A stretch of 64,000 nucleotides of DNA, taken from the human T2T-CHM13v2.0 reference genome, Homo sapiens. The stretch lies in assembly GCF_009914755.1 (NCBI RefSeq), contig NC_060930.1; one strand, given 5' to 3'. The translations under genes were made by a program, and so were the position numbers. Shown here piece after piece: positions 60,215 to 64,000 of this stretch. Positions within the stretch are counted from its first letter, which is position 1, and each line of letters opens with the position of its first letter. The notes beneath the pieces are model-generated. The model did no database searches. It was not told where the DNA came from and saw only the letters and a list, made by a program, of their open reading frames with translations.

Positions 60215-60688
60215 TGTTGTGGGTTAAATTGTGTCCTCTAAAATGATGTGTTCAATTCATAACCCCTAGAGCTAATGGATGTGACCTTATTTGGAAACAG
60301 AGTCTTTGCAGATGTAATCAAGTTAAGATAACATATTGGATTAGGGTGAGCCCTAAACCCAATGACTGGTGTCTTTATAAGACAAGGGAAGGGAGCTGTT
60401 AAAACAGAGGGAAAGAGAGAGACAGTGAAGAAGGCCATGTGACAATGGAGGTAGGAATTGGAGTGATGCCGCTCCAAGACAAGGATCACCAAGGATTGCC
60501 AGCCACCACCAGAAGCCAGGAGAGAGGCACAGGACAGTCTCCCTCGGGGCCTCTAGAAGGAACAAACCCTACCAACAACACTTTGATTTCAGACTTTTGG
60601 CTTCCAGCATTGTGGCAGAATAAATTGCTGTTGTTTTAAGATACCTAGTTTGTGGTGCTTTGTCATGACACTCTAGGAAACTAAGACA
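60215..60688 (+). mobile_element. MLT1C-like solo LTR
   Basis: TGTTGTGGGTTAAATTGTGTCC...GGAAACTAAGACA. Perfect TSD ATCCT. Confidence 0.9.
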
Positions 60689-60980
60689 ATCCTGGCTCGG
60701 TATTTCCTGTGAGGACATTAAAATTTTGTTTGTTTGTCTTTAGAGCTTTTTTCTGGGTTAGGTATCCCTTGGCATTGGCGTAGACACTCACTGCTTTGAT
60801 TTTGAAATCCCACTTGAGGGTTTCCTTTTTTCCTAAGGCTGGCTTTTTACAGTATTATAATTTTGTTTTAAATATTTGATCCAACACAGATAACTGTATC
60901 TAAAAGGAAAGTTATCTGCGTTAATTCTATCCACTATATTTCTAGACCCTGAAATCTGATTCTCATTTATGGCCAAGGAA

Positions 60981-61040
60981 AGGAAATTACAATAGCCTGC
61001 TCTGTACAATAGGAAATTACAATAGCCTGCTCTGTACAGT
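60981..61040. repeat. 30-bp tandem duplication
   Basis: AGGAAATTACAATAGCCTGCTCTGTACA(A/G)T x2. Confidence 0.95.
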
Positions 61041-63829
61041 AGCCATACCATGTGCTATGGGCACAAAAAGGCAGAGAGATGTGGAAAGTAGGAAGTGTGG
61101 CGGGATCCCAGTACCTTATCAAACTCTCCTAGGCCTTCAAGTATTTTCATATTTGAGAAAGCATAAGCTCCTTTGTGTAACCTGAGAGTCCCTGCCTACG
61201 TCCTGTCTCATGTCTCGCCACCCCCTCCTTTTCATAAACCATCACCCAGGCCAAGGAACATGCTTCCTTTCCTCGAATGGACTATTATTTCTTTCACTCT
61301 CTTGCCGCACATGTAAATTTCTTCTTCCCAGAACATTCCTTTTCCTTTCTGGCATCCAAATCCTACATGTTCTTTAGGCCTTCTCTGGATGAGAGAAGCC
61401 CCACCAGTTACTAAATAAACAGTGGGTGAGAGGAAGCAAGACAGAAAGCAGGATCCCAGAAAGGACATGATGTGGACCGACCTAAGATTTGGGGATGGAG
61501 AGGAATAGATTTACTTAAGTGGGAAGTCACTGAGTTCCTATTATTAAGCATGTGGGGGTTATCTAGTCAACAGGTATCTCGTATGTATTTTTGGCTTTAT
61601 TTTTCTTACCAGATCAGAACTTCCTTAAGGTCAGTAACATTATGGAAAAACATTTTTATCCTACACAGGGCCTATCCCAGGACATTGCAATAAAGAAATA
61701 AATATTCGTTGACTGAGGGGATAAAAATATAAATTAATGAACATATATTCATTAAAAATATATTTTCCATATCTTCAAGTATAATATATATGGTCTGAGT
61801 CTCAATTTTAATAAGCCTCATTGTGGGTTTGTTTTGTTTTATATTTGGTGAGGGCTGGGATTTTGTGTTTTCTTGAGAATGGTTGGTGGAATTTATTTTA
61901 TAATTCTGTGGTTATGTCTTCCGTTTTAATCTTTTATTTTTCTAGTGCTTTTGTGTCTTGATGTGAGTCCTCAGAGAAAGGGCCTTGCTCATTCTATGTA
62001 CCACAGAGGGCTTAGCATATTTTTGGCACTCATTAAATGTTAACATCAACAAGAGGATCATGAAGAATGATTACACAAGAGGGAAGTAAACAGAAAGGCA
62101 AGAGTTGGCAAGCGTCAAATAGATACACCCACTTCTTCCCCCAAACTCATGATTATAAAAGGTATTTATTTTCTCAGCATCTTTAACACATTCACTTCTG
62201 GATACAAGTACAGAGCAGAACAGATTGCAAAACTCGTTTTTCTAAAGAATTGATCAGGAATTCAAATCTTTCTTTCACTGCAGCAGCTATTCCAAAAATT
62301 ATAAAACTAGGTTTATTCTTTTGAAACTTCCAAGGTTAGCAGTATCCGTGTTGGCAGGAGTGGTACATACAGCTCCAGTTTCCCTTTTTCCCCAATAGTG
62401 AAAGGACTCCAGTGTGAAGGAAGCTCTTTGGTGCCAAAGGACTATGGCTCCTAACTCCTGTGTATAGCAAAACCAGGGAAATAGATTTTTTTTAAAAAAG
62501 CAAAATCCAGCTACCAAACACCTTGTCTCCATCAACAGTTCTGGCTGGATCAGCTGCTTTTTTATTCTAATTAAGTCTTTCCAAAAAAATTTATATGTCA
62601 GCAGAAGTGAGAGAAATAAAGGAAGCATTTTTACTTGGCAACAGTGAAACTCTGTTGGCCAAAAAATATGTGAATGAAGTAAGCTTTTAAGAGCTTACAG
62701 GTTCTTTATCAATATGAACCTAATAAATTAAAATTGGAAATACTTTCTGCCATCACCCCAACATCTCATCAATCACCAATGTACTTCATCTGCCTCGCTC
62801 CCTTCCCATCTCAGATACAGTAAAGGAAGACAGCTGGCAAGCTATGGAGGTTTAGTTAAAACAGGTCATATTATTAGTAAAGAAACAGGGGTCTTGCTAC
62901 AGGAATTCTGAAGCACTAGCGTCAGGTTTACTTTTTAAATGTGCAAAAGGAAGAGGAATGTTTTAAAGAGAGAGAAAAAAACTTTGGAATCTTCAAAGTT
63001 GGCGTTTGTTGGTATCACAGCTAAGTGTTAGCACAACAGTCCCAAAGACATGGAAATGAGAAGAATGAATTAAATATTGTCCTCACATCTTCATCCTTCA
63101 CTTGTAATGGCATATAGCACCACTCAGGTGGAAAACTAGATCTTCTCTGAGGATAAATATCAAAAACCTTTTACTAGGTAAAATTTGCACTACAGTTAAA
63201 TCACAAAACTATTTTTCCCCCAGATACCTCCTTAGTCTACAATGTTATTAATGCATTTGAGTCAAGTGTAAATATAGTATAGACTGAGGCTTTGACTGTC
63301 TTCTTCCTTGTTTTTTAAAAAGGAAAAGAAGAATGAAAGGGTGTTTTCATTTGCATCATTTGGACATTAAGCACTAAAGCCTTCAACTCATGAAACTCAG
63401 AACATTATAAGAAATATTTTGCCCTAATCCTCACTGTTCCCCAGTGCTTTACACTGGCTTTGGAGCACTCTTTGAAGGTCTGTAGGCATTTGATTTATTC
63501 CTTCTTCCTTTTCCTTTTCCTAGATACCCTGTCCATGAAAACTCAGAGCAAGAAAAGAGGATAAAAGTGCTGAAAAATGGCCAGGGACATACTCACTAGA
63601 GGGGATCAGGAATGAGTTGTGTTCAGGCAATAGTAGAAGATCTCAGCAAGAACAATTGTGACACAGGCTATACTTAGTATTGGGGTTCCAAGCTCAGCAG
63701 TGGGGGCATAGCAGGACTGAGAGGAGATCTTCCTTGTGAACACAGAGCTTAGTCATAGGAATGGGCTGTGCAGAAGGATTCCCCCTCCTGGGAAAGTAGA
63801 TGGCTTTTAATGAAAAGGGAACTGGATTA

Positions 63830-63850
63830 CTCAGCGCCAGGGAGAGCTTT
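63830..63850 (+). promoter_or_regulatory. Candidate REST/NRSF (RE1) site
   Basis: TCAGCGCCAGGGAGAGC matches TCAGCACCACGGACAGC at 14/17 positions with canonical spacing. Confidence 0.35.
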
Positions 63851-64000
63851 GCATGGGGTCATCCAGCAGTTGAATTCACATTCTGGTTATCGGTCAAAGA
63901 GCCCCTGGGATGAATTTGGGATCCTGTTGGTCAGCACCTGGCCCTTCAGATCCCAGGTTTGGGAATGTTGTGTAATCCTAAGCCCTACTAAATTTGGCAC

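Noticed and set aside
60981-61040. CRISPR-like 28-30-bp repeats
   Set aside because: Only two adjacent copies, no spacers, mammalian DNA.
62299-62628. 109-aa minus-strand ORF
   Set aside because: No recognisable family, no clear splice or poly-A context.

Overview
This is primate (human-like) nuclear DNA. It is AT-rich and CpG-depleted, and roughly half or more is interspersed repeat. I could not identify a cellular protein-coding gene, RNA gene or CRISPR-like array. The ORF-track entries I can recognise are decayed L1 ORF1/ORF2 pieces, Alu/MaLR read-through or low-complexity artefacts; the rest are short and unrecognised. Main elements: a two-LTR THE1 (ERVL-MaLR) provirus; two L1s retaining both ends and their TSDs (an L1PA15/16-like copy with an internal deletion and an L1PB-like copy); a 5'-truncated old L1PA; about 13 Alus; several solo LTRs (THE1, MLT1, MLT2, MER21); and MER58A and MER5 DNA-transposon fossils. 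The notable structure lies in junction architecture: two old L1s with twin-priming 5' inversions, two short non-tandem local duplications resembling templated repair inserts, fold-back scars, and a tailless Alu. The unique 12.9-14.6 kb segment has a CpG micro-cluster, a good CTCF motif and possible splice sites, so it may be regulatory or transcribed. I found no convincing novel multi-gene system. Subfamily names are from memory of consensus sequences and need RepeatMasker/Dfam confirmation.
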